Assembly (NCBI GenBank): GCA_038883655.1
Contig: JAVZLQ010000002.1
Location: forward strand, 217,625-281,624
Direction: 5' to 3'
Source of the DNA: Candidatus Bathyarchaeia archaeon
GTDB taxonomy: Archaea > Thermoproteota > Bathyarchaeia > Bathyarchaeales > Bathycorpusculaceae
DNA: 64,000 bases
Position numbers and translations under genes: made by a program. Of the stretch, positions 1-9,811 are shown piece by piece (the stretch's first letter is position 1; the number at the start of each line of letters is the position of its first letter). Under the pieces are notes generated by a model, which saw only the letters and a program-made list of their open reading frames with translations, did no database searches and was not told the DNA's origin.

Positions 1-701
1 CCAACAATTTCGCTTAACTTCCTTTCAATCTCTGCTTCAGAAGAAACATGCGCACCAGTCATATTCGTGGCTTCAGTAATAACAGCCTCGGGTTCAGCTT
101 CAACAACTTTTTCAACAAAGTCTCCTGTCATCTCGTGCTTGGCGCCATGTGTTCTGAAATCGCCAGTGTAGACTATGCTGCCGCTAGAAGTGTGAATGAT
201 GAAACCATAAGCTCCTGGAACAGAGTGGTCAACGTGAACTGGCTCAACTTCTAGGCTGTTCACGCAAATTTTCTTTCCAGTTCTAAAGGTTTTGAATTCT
301 ATTCCTTCAACGTCAAATTCCAAGTCTGCCCTACGTATTTCGCCAAGTGCTTGCAGGATAATTTTTGTTGTTTCACCGCAGTAAACTGGAATTTCACGTT
401 TTATAAATGACAAGTAGGCAGAATGGTCCATGTGCGCATGCGAAATAAAAACGGCGTCAATTGCACATGGCTCTTCGTCAAACTTGTACGCGCCCTTTAT
501 TTTTGGTAGTATGCCAAGCTCTTGTAGGTTTTTTTCGCTTCTAGGCGATAGAAATGGCGGCGAATAGAACTTTCTTTTAGCGGCGTAGGACAAGCCAAAA
601 TCAAAAAGCACCCTAGTTTCTCTGTCTTGGATTAGAATTTTGTTTCCACCAATCTCGTTTACTCCACCGTAAAAAGTTACCGTTGTTTTCGGATTAACCA
701 T
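1..701 (-). CDS. RNase J-like metallo-beta-lactamase-fold hydrolase (3' truncated by window edge)
   Basis: Manual translation from ATG 701: MVNPKTTVTFYGGVNEIGGNKILI...LFDFG...FISHAHMDH (HxHxDH); not in ORF track. Confidence 0.85.
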   Translation of the reverse strand, partial: MVNPKTTVTFYGGVNEIGGNKILIQDRETRVLFDFGLSYAAKRKFYSPPFLSPRSEKNLQELGILPKIKGAYKFDEEPCAIDAVFISHAHMDHSAYLSFIKREIPVYCGETTKIILQALGEIRRADLEFDVEGIEFKTFRTGKKICVNSLEVEPVHVDHSVPGAYGFIIHTSSGSIVYTGDFRTHGAKHEMTGDFVEKVVEAEPEAVITEATNMTGAHVSSEAEIERKLSEIV

Positions 702-702
702 G

Positions 703-2403
703 CTATTCCCTCATTTTATCTGCCCTTTTACAAGTATTTGATATTATGAGCATTATGTGGGGAAGAGTGAATACGCTGAAAACTTTGGTGTACTTTGGAT
801 TTCCCGCTTTCATAACTATTTCTGGATTTCCCCCAGCCTTCAAGTAGCCTTCAATGAAGGATTTGGCAATATGCTCAGCTAAACTGCTCTTTGAGAAAGG
901 CGAAAAATAGTGTCCAGCATAATAGAGGAACTCGGCTATGTCCCATGTCTTATCGCCCTTTCTTGCTGCCTGTTCAAAGTCTAAAAGGTAAATTTGGTTA
1001 TCCTTGCCCACAATAATGTTTTCGGGTTTCGTGTCCCCCAAGGAAACGTCAAGCATGTGAACCTCAGCGAATTTTTCTCCAACTCTCTTTATAATGTCAA
1101 GTTCACTTTTTACTTCATCCGCGGCTTTCGCTTCAGCTATTCGCTTTATCTTTTTCTCAAGGCTCTCGCCCTCAACGTATTCCATAAGAACAAGACGTTC
1201 GCCGTGGTTTACGTGAAGCAGTCTCGGAACAGCAAACCCACGCGAGTGTAGAAATTGGTTTATTGCGCATTCGCGTTCAAGTCTTGAGCGCCCCAGAACA
1301 GCGAAAGTTCTTGTTCCAACAGTCCACAATGTAAGCGGAAACCACTTGAAACTCGACCAGTCCTTAAACCTCTTCGCAACAATTTTCTGTTCCATGCCGT
1401 TAGCTGAAACCGTTATCAAATACGTTTCGTTTAAGACGCTTCCAATTTGCGTAACATTTACCTCGGCTTTTTCGTCCGCTAACAAAACTTTCCTAGCAAA
1501 AGCCTTCAAGTCAAGCCTGTTCGCAAGAGAAACGAGACCGCTAGCCGTTGGAATATATAAATACGCTTGCGGGTCCTCAAAAAAACAGACATCCCGCAGA
1601 TAGTTTTCGGCAAATCTAAACCTTGTAAGCAGATCCCTGTTCTGCATGAAAAAGCTGAAAATTTTCGGAAAAGTTCCAATTAAAGAATTGAACAGAGCCT
1701 TCTGTGCAGTCCTGAAAAGGTTTACAAACCGAATTTTTCGATTTTTAACCTCATCAATGAACTCAGCGGAAATTTTAACGAAGTCGCCAGAAAAGTTGAT
1801 TATGCCATCCCTTTCAAGCTCTTTCAAGGCTTCCAGATAGCCGGGCAAGACGCTGTTCACATTTGCGCTTTTCCTATTTTCATGCATAAATTCTATTAAG
1901 TCTGAAAGCATTAGTGGGAAAAGCCGCGCCCTCGTTAACAAAGCCTCGTACATAAAGTATTCAGGCTTAATACAGATGTTGTAGGATAGCTCTGGAAAAT
2001 CAAGGATTACGTTTTCTAGGATTTCGTGTATTAGGCGTTTTTTCAATTGCACCTCTTGTGCATGCAAATAATTCTCGCCGACGATTGGGATATATGGGAA
2101 AATTAATCCACCAGCTAAGGCTTCGCCTAGAAAACCCCTATCAACATCTCTCTCGAAAACCCACTGGTCAACGGCAAAAATAATGAAGCTTTTGCTTTCA
2201 AAAACATCCAGATAAGTCATCAGCCGCGGTTTAAAATCTCTAATCACAAGTAAAACTTGCGAGGCAGTTTTAGCTTTAAAGGCTGATTGCGTGTCGCCAA
2301 TTATACATAACGCCGTAATATCACATGAGCCAGCAACATACCTACAAAACCTCACTAGACTTTCAGTTATTTCCTTGTCCAAATGTCCCATTTGCCCACT
2401 CAA
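703..2403 (-). CDS. Multidomain protein with C-terminal Bud32/Kdo/RIO-like kinase domain
   Basis: VAKRF, GDTKPENI, LLDFE kinase-like motifs; long N-terminal region of uncertain fold. Confidence 0.7.
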   Translation of the reverse strand: MSGQMGHLDKEITESLVRFCRYVAGSCDITALCIIGDTQSAFKAKTASQVLLVIRDFKPRLMTYLDVFESKSFIIFAVDQWVFERDVDRGFLGEALAGGLIFPYIPIVGENYLHAQEVQLKKRLIHEILENVILDFPELSYNICIKPEYFMYEALLTRARLFPLMLSDLIEFMHENRKSANVNSVLPGYLEALKELERDGIINFSGDFVKISAEFIDEVKNRKIRFVNLFRTAQKALFNSLIGTFPKIFSFFMQNRDLLTRFRFAENYLRDVCFFEDPQAYLYIPTASGLVSLANRLDLKAFARKVLLADEKAEVNVTQIGSVLNETYLITVSANGMEQKIVAKRFKDWSSFKWFPLTLWTVGTRTFAVLGRSRLERECAINQFLHSRGFAVPRLLHVNHGERLVLMEYVEGESLEKKIKRIAEAKAADEVKSELDIIKRVGEKFAEVHMLDVSLGDTKPENIIVGKDNQIYLLDFEQAARKGDKTWDIAEFLYYAGHYFSPFSKSSLAEHIAKSFIEGYLKAGGNPEIVMKAGNPKYTKVFSVFTLPHIMLIISNTCKRADKMRE

Positions 2404-2457
2404 ATTTTCACCTAGGCGAGAACCAAAATAGAATTAAACCCATTTTAAAGATATAAA

Positions 2458-3837
2458 TTAATGTCTTTCAAGAATTTGCCCATAAACCCTCAAAACTTTC
2501 AGCACTTTCACAGCTTTCTCAGGCAAGTTGTAAAGCGGAATATCCGTTTTTCCCAAAACCTTGTAGACTAAAGCGAAGTCTTCTCCTCCAGCTGGCACGT
2601 CCACGATGGGCTTTTTCGGATGTTTCGCAGCAATTTTGGGGATTACACGCGCGTCTTCTGGCTCAAAGAAGCAGGATTTAAGCATGTTTATGATTAGGAC
2701 TCCGTCAACATTATCGTCTGCAAGCACCAAATCCAAAATCTTCTCGTACCTTTCGGCTCTTGCGTCGGCAATCATGTCAATTGGGTTTGTTGCATCAACA
2801 CCGGGATATAAGCGTTCAATTTCCTTTCTGGTTTTGTCCGACAAGGTCGCAAGCTTCAACCCATTTTTCACTACAGCGTCCGCTGCAAGAATTGCTGGTC
2901 CGCCAACATTGCTTACTATTGCAATGTTGTCACCGCGCATTGGTGGCTGCTTTGAAAGGGCTATTGCCGCGTCCATGAGCTCTTCCACGTTTTCCACCCT
3001 TATTATTTCAGCCTTTTTCAATGCTGCATTAAAAATTTCGTCTGAGCCCGCTATCGAAGCTGTGTGGGACTTTGCCCTGTGTGCGGATTCTTCTGTTATT
3101 CCGCCTTTTAAAACTAGGACTGGCTTTTTCTTGACGGTTCTTTTGGCTTCTTCTATGAAAGCTCTTCCGTTCTTTATGCCCTCCATGTATAGGCATATGA
3201 CCTTTGTCTCCTTATCCTTGCTTAGATACTTGAGCAAATCAACGTCGTCAACGTCTATTTTGTCTCCCATGAAGGCGAACTTGCTTATGCCAACATTATA
3301 GAAGCAAGCCCAGTCCAATATGCAAGCGCCAACTCCGCCGCTCTGCGAGATAATGGCGATGTTCCCCTTTTTCGGCATCAAATTTCTCTCGAAAGTTGTG
3401 TTTAAGCCGTTTGCGGTGTTTATCACGCCCATAATTGTGTTTGGACCCAAAATTCTTATGCCGTAGTCCTCCTTGAGCCTAAGCAGTTTTTGTCGTTGCG
3501 CGTCCTTGTAGCCGCCAGTGATTATTACAATGGCTTTTGCGCCTTTCTTTGCAATTTCTTCTGCTTGAATTAGCGTGTGCCTAGGCGGAAGCATTATGAC
3601 TGCGAGTTCTGGGATGCATGGCAACGCTTTAGCTTTTGCGGACTTTCTCTGTCCGTCAATGTCTAGAATGTAGACTTTGCCCTTGAAGAACTTCTTCATG
3701 TTGTACGCTACACTTTTAAAGAGTTGTGGAGAACTCATTCCGACTTTTTCGCGCAGCCTACTCGAACCTATTAGAACGACGTTCTTCGGCTCGAAGATGG
3801 CTTCCACTCCGTTCATGATTTTACCTTCAAGCAACAC
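2458..3837 (-). CDS. ADP-forming acyl-CoA synthetase alpha subunit
   Basis: ILGPNT.G, SQSGG, SHTASIAG phospho-His motif, NPIDM. Confidence 0.85.
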   Translation of the reverse strand: MLLEGKIMNGVEAIFEPKNVVLIGSSRLREKVGMSSPQLFKSVAYNMKKFFKGKVYILDIDGQRKSAKAKALPCIPELAVIMLPPRHTLIQAEEIAKKGAKAIVIITGGYKDAQRQKLLRLKEDYGIRILGPNTIMGVINTANGLNTTFERNLMPKKGNIAIISQSGGVGACILDWACFYNVGISKFAFMGDKIDVDDVDLLKYLSKDKETKVICLYMEGIKNGRAFIEEAKRTVKKKPVLVLKGGITEESAHRAKSHTASIAGSDEIFNAALKKAEIIRVENVEELMDAAIALSKQPPMRGDNIAIVSNVGGPAILAADAVVKNGLKLATLSDKTRKEIERLYPGVDATNPIDMIADARAERYEKILDLVLADDNVDGVLIINMLKSCFFEPEDARVIPKIAAKHPKKPIVDVPAGGEDFALVYKVLGKTDIPLYNLPEKAVKVLKVLRVYGQILERH

Positions 3838-3894
3838 TTCAATATGATGGAAGGTGAGAAAATACGTTGTTCATATTCATAAATTTAACCATGA

Positions 3895-4680
3895 CTACTT
3901 CTGGGTTACCTTCATATAAGCTAACATGGCAAGCGAAGAGAAAATCAAAGCAAACAAGGCTATGTCAACAATCATAAGCGGGTCGAATGGGCGGGTTCCC
4001 AAAAGCTCTTTCAGTAGGAATGCCCTTGAAAGGTCAGCGCCGCAACTTAATGGATTATATTGCGCAACTAACGCCAATTGCGGAATCGCGTCTTGTATAA
4101 GCTTCATCGGATAAAATACCGTGCTACAGAAGAAAAGTACGTAGTAGACGACTCCTCTCGCGGTTATGTATTTCTCGAAACTTGTTGTTGACACGGCGAG
4201 GGTTATGCTCAAACCAGAAGTGCCGATGGATATTAGGAAAAGGGCAACGATTATTGTTAGAAGTTGAAGCGGGTCTGGAAAGACTCCAGTGTAAACATAA
4301 GTTATGCCAAGTGTTGTGGCTAAAAGCGGAGCCATATAAATTACGCCCCTAATGCCCCCCGCCAAAACCCTTCCAAGAGCCAGTTCCAAACGCTTTATTG
4401 GAAGGCTCAGCATGTAATGTGAGATTTCCCGTCGGATTTCCATGTTTATTTCTCGTCCAATCATGAATGCCGCTGCAAAAAGCGCTGTTATGGTTAAGCC
4501 AGGTGCAAAAAAGACAAAGTAATCCGTTATTATATCCCTATTAACCATTCTTGTGTAGACTACAGCCATTATGAATAAGTCTGCGAGGTTCATGCTTATC
4601 ATTCCGGCAATCCACCACTTGTAGCGGAAGAAATAGCTGAAATCCCTTTGAATAACGTGCAATACTGGTTTTATTGCCAC
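3895..4680 (-). CDS. ABC-2 type exporter permease
   Basis: Multi-TM, FYP...NPLS motif, operon with ATPase. Confidence 0.85.
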   Translation of the reverse strand: MAIKPVLHVIQRDFSYFFRYKWWIAGMISMNLADLFIMAVVYTRMVNRDIITDYFVFFAPGLTITALFAAAFMIGREINMEIRREISHYMLSLPIKRLELALGRVLAGGIRGVIYMAPLLATTLGITYVYTGVFPDPLQLLTIIVALFLISIGTSGLSITLAVSTTSFEKYITARGVVYYVLFFCSTVFYPMKLIQDAIPQLALVAQYNPLSCGADLSRAFLLKELLGTRPFDPLMIVDIALFALIFSSLAMLAYMKVTQK

Positions 4681-5456
4681 CCTCCCCCCTCCAATCTGCG
4701 TTCATGCAAAATGATGCCTAGAAAAGTGAATATTGAAAAGAAGGCAACGATACCGAAAGCTGCCAGCAAAGGCGGAGTAAGCGCTGCAGACTCTAATCCA
4801 GCACCCCACCTGAATAAGTCGGCGGCAAAAGAAAGCGGGTTTATTGATGCGAGTCCACTGTAGTACTGGGGCATGTATGCTACTGGATAAAGCGTGGTGC
4901 TTAGCCGTACTATTAAGGCGTCGGTCACGCCCATCAAAATGTCAAATCTATCCGAGGATTTTATGGTTACAGCCAAAGTTATGCTGAACCCAGCCACACC
5001 AAAAGTGAAGAGGAAAAGCGACACCAATGCTATTAGAAGCTGTAGGACGCTAGAAACTCCGATTAGATAAAGAACAAAAAGCATCATTGGACCCACGTAT
5101 AGAAAGCTCCTTAAGCCTCCGCCGATTGACCTTCCTAGGACTAGTTCTTTGCGTGAGACTGGAACGCTCAATAAGTATTCGATGACGCCGTGGTCAGCCT
5201 CCTCGTAAATGTCGTATCCTATGAAGACCGCTGTTGAATACAACATCGTTATTATTATTCCAGCAGCATAATAGTTGAAGTAGCTTCCGCCAACAGCACT
5301 TTGCACGTTGGGGTCGAACATTCTGTTGACAATCAAGCCGAAGAGTGCTATTTGCGCCACAAACCATATTGCACGCATTATCAAGAGGAACTTGTAGCGG
5401 AGAAACATCTTTATGTCTCTTTCAGCAACCGTCCAAACTCTGCGTAGGCTTATCAT
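4671..5456 (-). CDS. ABC-2 type exporter permease
   Basis: Multi-TM, EYLLSVPVSR, LYP...NPLS. Confidence 0.85.
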   Translation of the reverse strand: MISLRRVWTVAERDIKMFLRYKFLLIMRAIWFVAQIALFGLIVNRMFDPNVQSAVGGSYFNYYAAGIIITMLYSTAVFIGYDIYEEADHGVIEYLLSVPVSRKELVLGRSIGGGLRSFLYVGPMMLFVLYLIGVSSVLQLLIALVSLFLFTFGVAGFSITLAVTIKSSDRFDILMGVTDALIVRLSTTLYPVAYMPQYYSGLASINPLSFAADLFRWGAGLESAALTPPLLAAFGIVAFFSIFTFLGIILHERRLEGGGWQ

Positions 5457-6415
5457 TTCTTTTGAGCCTCTTCAATTGTTAATCCAGTGTAATGCGCAAA
5501 CACATCGTCAAGTGAAGGCTCACTCACGCGAATAGATCTTATCTGCACATGCATCTTCATAAAGAACTCCATTATTTTTGGGAGGACCTCCTCAGCATTG
5601 TTCAAGTAAATTTTTAAGTAATCAGCCTTTATTACCAAAACGTTTACGACGCGTTGGATTCCCTTAAGCTTCTCAACAGTTTCGCTTGAAACAGTCTTTT
5701 CCAAGGCTATTTCGACAACATCTCCGCCTGGTATGCTATCCTTCAACTTTTTAGGCTCATCGCAGACAAGCAACTTTCCTCTATGCATTATGGCGACTCT
5801 GTCGGAAAGCACATCAGCCTCGTAAAGCTCATTTGTAGCAAGTATTATAGTGGATCCTTCATCTCTCAAGTCGCGGAGCATGTTCCAAATTCTATGCTTC
5901 CCAACAATGTCTATCTGAGCTGTCGGTTCGTCAACTATGGCTATTTTTGGTCTCTGAATGAGAATTTTTGCTATCTCAACTCTTTTGCGCATGCCGCCAG
6001 AAAAAGCATGAACGCTCTTAAATCGGTCGTTCCACAACTCAACTTGCTCCAAAACCCAGCGAACCCTCTTTTTTCGCTCTTCCGCTGATAAGCCACAAAC
6101 CTTGGCATGCCAATTCAGAATATCCCATGGCGCATCAACCCACAAGAGCTTAGGTTCTTGAAAAGCCATGCCAATCAATGTCCTAGCCTTGTCAGGCTCA
6201 CGTGTAACATCATAAGGCCCTACAAAGGCTGTTCCTTCAGTAGGCTTAATAACTGTGGTCAACATCAAAAGTGTAGTTGTTTTCCCAGCTCCGTTTGGAC
6301 CCAAAATTCCGAGGATTTCACCCTCCTCAACTTCAAGGTTTAAATGGTCAACTGCCGTGAAATCGCCAAACTTCTTTGTAAGATTAACCATACGAATTAT
6401 AGGCGCCATCACCAA
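5453..6415 (-). CDS. ABC exporter ATP-binding protein (DrrA-like)
   Basis: GPNGAGKTT, FSGGMRKR, IVDEPT, PSLDDVF. Confidence 0.92.
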   Translation of the reverse strand: MVMAPIIRMVNLTKKFGDFTAVDHLNLEVEEGEILGILGPNGAGKTTTLLMLTTVIKPTEGTAFVGPYDVTREPDKARTLIGMAFQEPKLLWVDAPWDILNWHAKVCGLSAEERKKRVRWVLEQVELWNDRFKSVHAFSGGMRKRVEIAKILIQRPKIAIVDEPTAQIDIVGKHRIWNMLRDLRDEGSTIILATNELYEADVLSDRVAIMHRGKLLVCDEPKKLKDSIPGGDVVEIALEKTVSSETVEKLKGIQRVVNVLVIKADYLKIYLNNAEEVLPKIMEFFMKMHVQIRSIRVSEPSLDDVFAHYTGLTIEEAQKK

Positions 6416-6509
6416 CCCACACTGGAGCAGATAAAAATAACAGACTCAACAGATAAAATTAACTACTTTCATGTGAACTTGAAGTATAATGTTTCGATTT
6501 TTTAATTAT

Positions 6510-7385
6510 TTAGGTTTTGTTGTGTTCTGTAAGTTGCATTTGCATATTCATGTTCATATTCATTGTTTGCCCCATATAAGAGGCGGTTATAGTTTCTTGA
6601 ATGCTGACTTCTATTGGGATACAGGTTCCATATTCCATGTAGGCATACCCGTTTAGATTCATCACCATGTTCATAGTTATGCCGCCGGATGTTACAGTTG
6701 CTTGAACATTACTTGCCCAAACGTCCATCCTAAAAACATTATATAATCCAACATGCGGAAATGTCTTATTTGCAGCCTCGCTTATTCTGTAATTTACGGT
6801 GCCTAGAATGTTGACTCCACTTATGCTCACGTTTAGTGGAATCTGATAACTCTCACCTACCTTCATTTCTTCCTTTGCGAAGTATGACCCATATCCGGGT
6901 ATGCCGACCATTGACTGATAAATCTGTTGCGCATCGGATGGAAGCCCTGTAAACTCTAGTATGTATCCGGTCTTATTCATTTTGACAGTATATGAAAAGC
7001 TCAAGCGCGTCGGCGTATGCATTTCTGCGGTATAATTTATCGTATAGTTTGTTCCATCGAAACTTAAGATTTCCATCTGAATTGTTACAGTTGCGGTTGC
7101 CGTTTGTGATGGCATCCCAGGAGCACTCATTGATACGCTCATTGTGAGGTTATAGGTCATTTTTTCGCCTACGGAGTAATTCATGCCCAAAGGAATTTTT
7201 ATTGCTTCACCAGTTTGCATAAAAAATACTACTGCAAGCGTTGAAGCTATTGCTATAATGGCAATTAACCCAATTACCGAGTATAATTTTCTTTTAGACA
7301 CTTTTTGTGGGGGCGGTGGAGGTGGTGGGAGTATTTCTGGAGGAACACTTGGGGTTTTGGTTGAGGGTGCCTCAGATACTCCCAT
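6510..7385 (-). CDS. Membrane-anchored extracellular protein with Pro-rich N-terminus
   Basis: Poly-Pro run, one TM helix, beta-rich domain with several NxS/T sequons. Confidence 0.7.
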   Translation of the reverse strand: MGVSEAPSTKTPSVPPEILPPPPPPPQKVSKRKLYSVIGLIAIIAIASTLAVVFFMQTGEAIKIPLGMNYSVGEKMTYNLTMSVSMSAPGMPSQTATATVTIQMEILSFDGTNYTINYTAEMHTPTRLSFSYTVKMNKTGYILEFTGLPSDAQQIYQSMVGIPGYGSYFAKEEMKVGESYQIPLNVSISGVNILGTVNYRISEAANKTFPHVGLYNVFRMDVWASNVQATVTSGGITMNMVMNLNGYAYMEYGTCIPIEVSIQETITASYMGQTMNMNMNMQMQLTEHNKT

Positions 7386-7450
7386 TATGTTACCCTCAAT
7401 TAAATTTGATATGCCACTGAATATTTAGAGTTTTTTAGTTTTAACGCCGA

Positions 7451-8767
7451 TTAAGCTATTTTGAGATTAAAATCTAAAGCCGTTTCCTCAGCCTTCCTCA
7501 TCGCTTCTGCTTCATCAAATGTTTTTATTTGTCGTTTCTCCATCAGAATTTTTCCATCAACAATAACCGTGTCCACGTCGCTTCCACGCGCAGAATAAAC
7601 CACGCTTGCAAATACGTCATGTAAAGGCTTCAAGTGCGGCTTGTTAAAGTCCATTAGAATTATGTCAGCGCGTTTTCCTATTTCCAGCGAGCCAATAACA
7701 CCTTCCATTTTAAGGGCTTTTGCACCATTTATCGTCGCCATATTTAAAACTTCATAGGCTGAAAGAACAGTTGGATCGCGGTAAGCGTGTTTTTGAAGTA
7801 GGGCGGCAACTTTCACGGTTTCAAACATATCCAACGTATTGTTGCTTGCTGGTCCATCAGTTCCCAAACACACGTTGACGCCCAGATTTTTTAGGCTTTT
7901 CACTTTTGCTGCTCCTAGGCCAAGTTTCATGTTAGCCACAGGAACATGCACGGCGTTAACCCCATGCACAGAAAGTGTTCGCATGTCACTTTTGGATAGG
8001 TTTATGCAGTGCGCTGCAAGGGTATGCACGTCAAAAAAGCCTATATCATCAAGAAAGGCAACCTCGCCAATGTTTTGGAATTCCTTCAATACCGTTTCTG
8101 TTTCAGCTAAATGCATGTGGACACCAACGTTTAATTCGATTGCTTTTTCGCGAACCTTCAAAAGCAATTCTTTGTTACAACTATAGGCTGCATGCGGACC
8201 AAGCATGGCTTTTATCCTGCCAGAAGCATAACCATTAAATTTTTTGACGAAATCCACGCTTCGTGAAAAGGTTTTTTCGCCTAACTCTCGTCTTCCAGCT
8301 TCAATTATGCCCTCTGCCAAAACGCCTCTCAAACCACTTTCAGCAACAGCCCTCGCAACCATATCCTCATAGAAATACATGTCCGCAAAACACGTTGTAC
8401 CGCTCTTAATCATCTCAATGCATGCCAAAAGCGCTCCAGCATAAACGTCATCAGGCTTAAGCCTAGCCTCCAAAGGCCAGATAGTCTCTTTAAGCCATTT
8501 TTCCAGCGGTTGATCTTCAGCTAATCCCCTGAACAGTGTCATCGGCACATGCGTGTGACAGTTAATTAGCCCTGGTAAGGCAACCTTTCCATGTCCATCT
8601 ATAAGCGTTTCTGCTTTTATTCCACTTGTGTGTGAGGCTTTTCCAACAAAAGTTATTTTCCCATCTTTCACGGCTAGCGCGCCATTTTCTATTATGCGCT
8701 TGTTGTCCATCGGCAGAATTATGCAGCCACGGATTAGTATGTCAGCTTTCTCCAAACTGCTTCCCAA
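7451..8767 (-). CDS. mtaD: MTA/SAH deaminase-family amidohydrolase
   Basis: PGLINCHTH, GPHAAYSC, HMHLAET, GTDGPASNN. Confidence 0.8.
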   Translation of the reverse strand: MGSSLEKADILIRGCIILPMDNKRIIENGALAVKDGKITFVGKASHTSGIKAETLIDGHGKVALPGLINCHTHVPMTLFRGLAEDQPLEKWLKETIWPLEARLKPDDVYAGALLACIEMIKSGTTCFADMYFYEDMVARAVAESGLRGVLAEGIIEAGRRELGEKTFSRSVDFVKKFNGYASGRIKAMLGPHAAYSCNKELLLKVREKAIELNVGVHMHLAETETVLKEFQNIGEVAFLDDIGFFDVHTLAAHCINLSKSDMRTLSVHGVNAVHVPVANMKLGLGAAKVKSLKNLGVNVCLGTDGPASNNTLDMFETVKVAALLQKHAYRDPTVLSAYEVLNMATINGAKALKMEGVIGSLEIGKRADIILMDFNKPHLKPLHDVFASVVYSARGSDVDTVIVDGKILMEKRQIKTFDEAEAMRKAEETALDFNLKIA

Positions 8768-8826
8768 TTTTATGGTAAAAACGAAGAATAAAAGCGTATT
8801 ATAAAACTGTGAGGGGATTGGCGGTA

Positions 8827-9255
8827 TTAAATGATGGTTTTCGGTTCCTCAATTTTCTTCATTAGGGAAGGCCTGATATGCGCTTGTGGTGGCTGTGGGA
8901 TTCCCTCTTCTTCGGTTATGACTTTGGGCAGTCCATTTGTGCCTATTTTTCTGCATATGAAGTTAAGCGAGTCCTCTGTGAAGTTCAGCAGGTTTCGTCC
9001 TTCAACTGTTAGCTTGTAAACTTTTCTGGGCCTTTCGCTATCCATGTTCCACTCGCTTTTCACATAGCCCTTCTTCTCCAAAGTGTTCAACAGCGGATAG
9101 ATTGTGCTTGGTCCGAAGTATACGCCGAAGTTTTTGCGTATGCGTGTTATTATTTGGTAGCCGTGCATCGGTTGGCTGCTTAGGAACTGTAGTACTATTA
9201 GGTCTAGTAGGCCTTTCATCAATTTAACCTGAACTTCTTTTGAGGTGTTAACCAT
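8827..9255 (-). CDS. PadR-family transcriptional regulator
   Basis: PMHGYQI, STIYPLLNTLEKKG, RPRKVYKLT. Confidence 0.92.
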   Translation of the reverse strand: MVNTSKEVQVKLMKGLLDLIVLQFLSSQPMHGYQIITRIRKNFGVYFGPSTIYPLLNTLEKKGYVKSEWNMDSERPRKVYKLTVEGRNLLNFTEDSLNFICRKIGTNGLPKVITEEEGIPQPPQAHIRPSLMKKIEEPKTII

Positions 9256-9297
9256 TTCCCCTTTTCCCTTCCTGTATTTTTGTTGTACACGGATACA

Positions 9298-9319
9298 ATA
9301 TGTCTATTTTTAGACATAT
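9298..9319. promoter_or_regulatory. Palindromic operator candidate ATATGTCTA-N4-TAGACATAT between divergent padR genes
   Basis: Perfect 9-bp inverted arms with ATGT..ACAT half-sites. Confidence 0.65.
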
Positions 9320-9441
9320 CTCAAGACTTTATAGAGCCTAAACAAAAATATAAACGTTCATGCTTCAACCAAACATAAAAAAGCATAACGCGTGCATACC
9401 GCAATATTCTAAACCCTACATAAATCTAAATAAGCCGAAAC

Positions 9442-9807
9442 ATGAACAAGTCCAAAACAGAACAACAAATGGAAAGTGGAAAATTGACAGAAACCATCAA
9501 AAAAGAAATTGTTCAACGTATAACCAGAAACCTACTAGACATACAAATACTAAGACTATTAAGCGCAGAGCCAATGTGGGGATATAAGATAAAAAAGGAA
9601 GTGGAAGCAAAATTTGGAGTAAGATTAAGGCATGGGGCGCTCTACCCACTTCTAAACAACATGGAAAAGAAAAATCTAATAAAAAGCAGAGAGCAACAAC
9701 AAGGAGGAAGGACAAGAAAGGTATATGTAATGACAGAAAGGGGAAGAACGCTTATAGAAGCATACGACACGGTCCTAAAAGAACAAATACAGAAAAAGGA
9801 CATATAA
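9442..9807 (+). CDS. PadR-family transcriptional regulator
   Basis: PMWGYKI, GALYPLLNNMEKK, RTRKVYVMTERG. Confidence 0.92.
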   Translation: MNKSKTEQQMESGKLTETIKKEIVQRITRNLLDIQILRLLSAEPMWGYKIKKEVEAKFGVRLRHGALYPLLNNMEKKNLIKSREQQQGGRTRKVYVMTERGRTLIEAYDTVLKEQIQKKDI

Positions 9808-9811
9808 TTAA

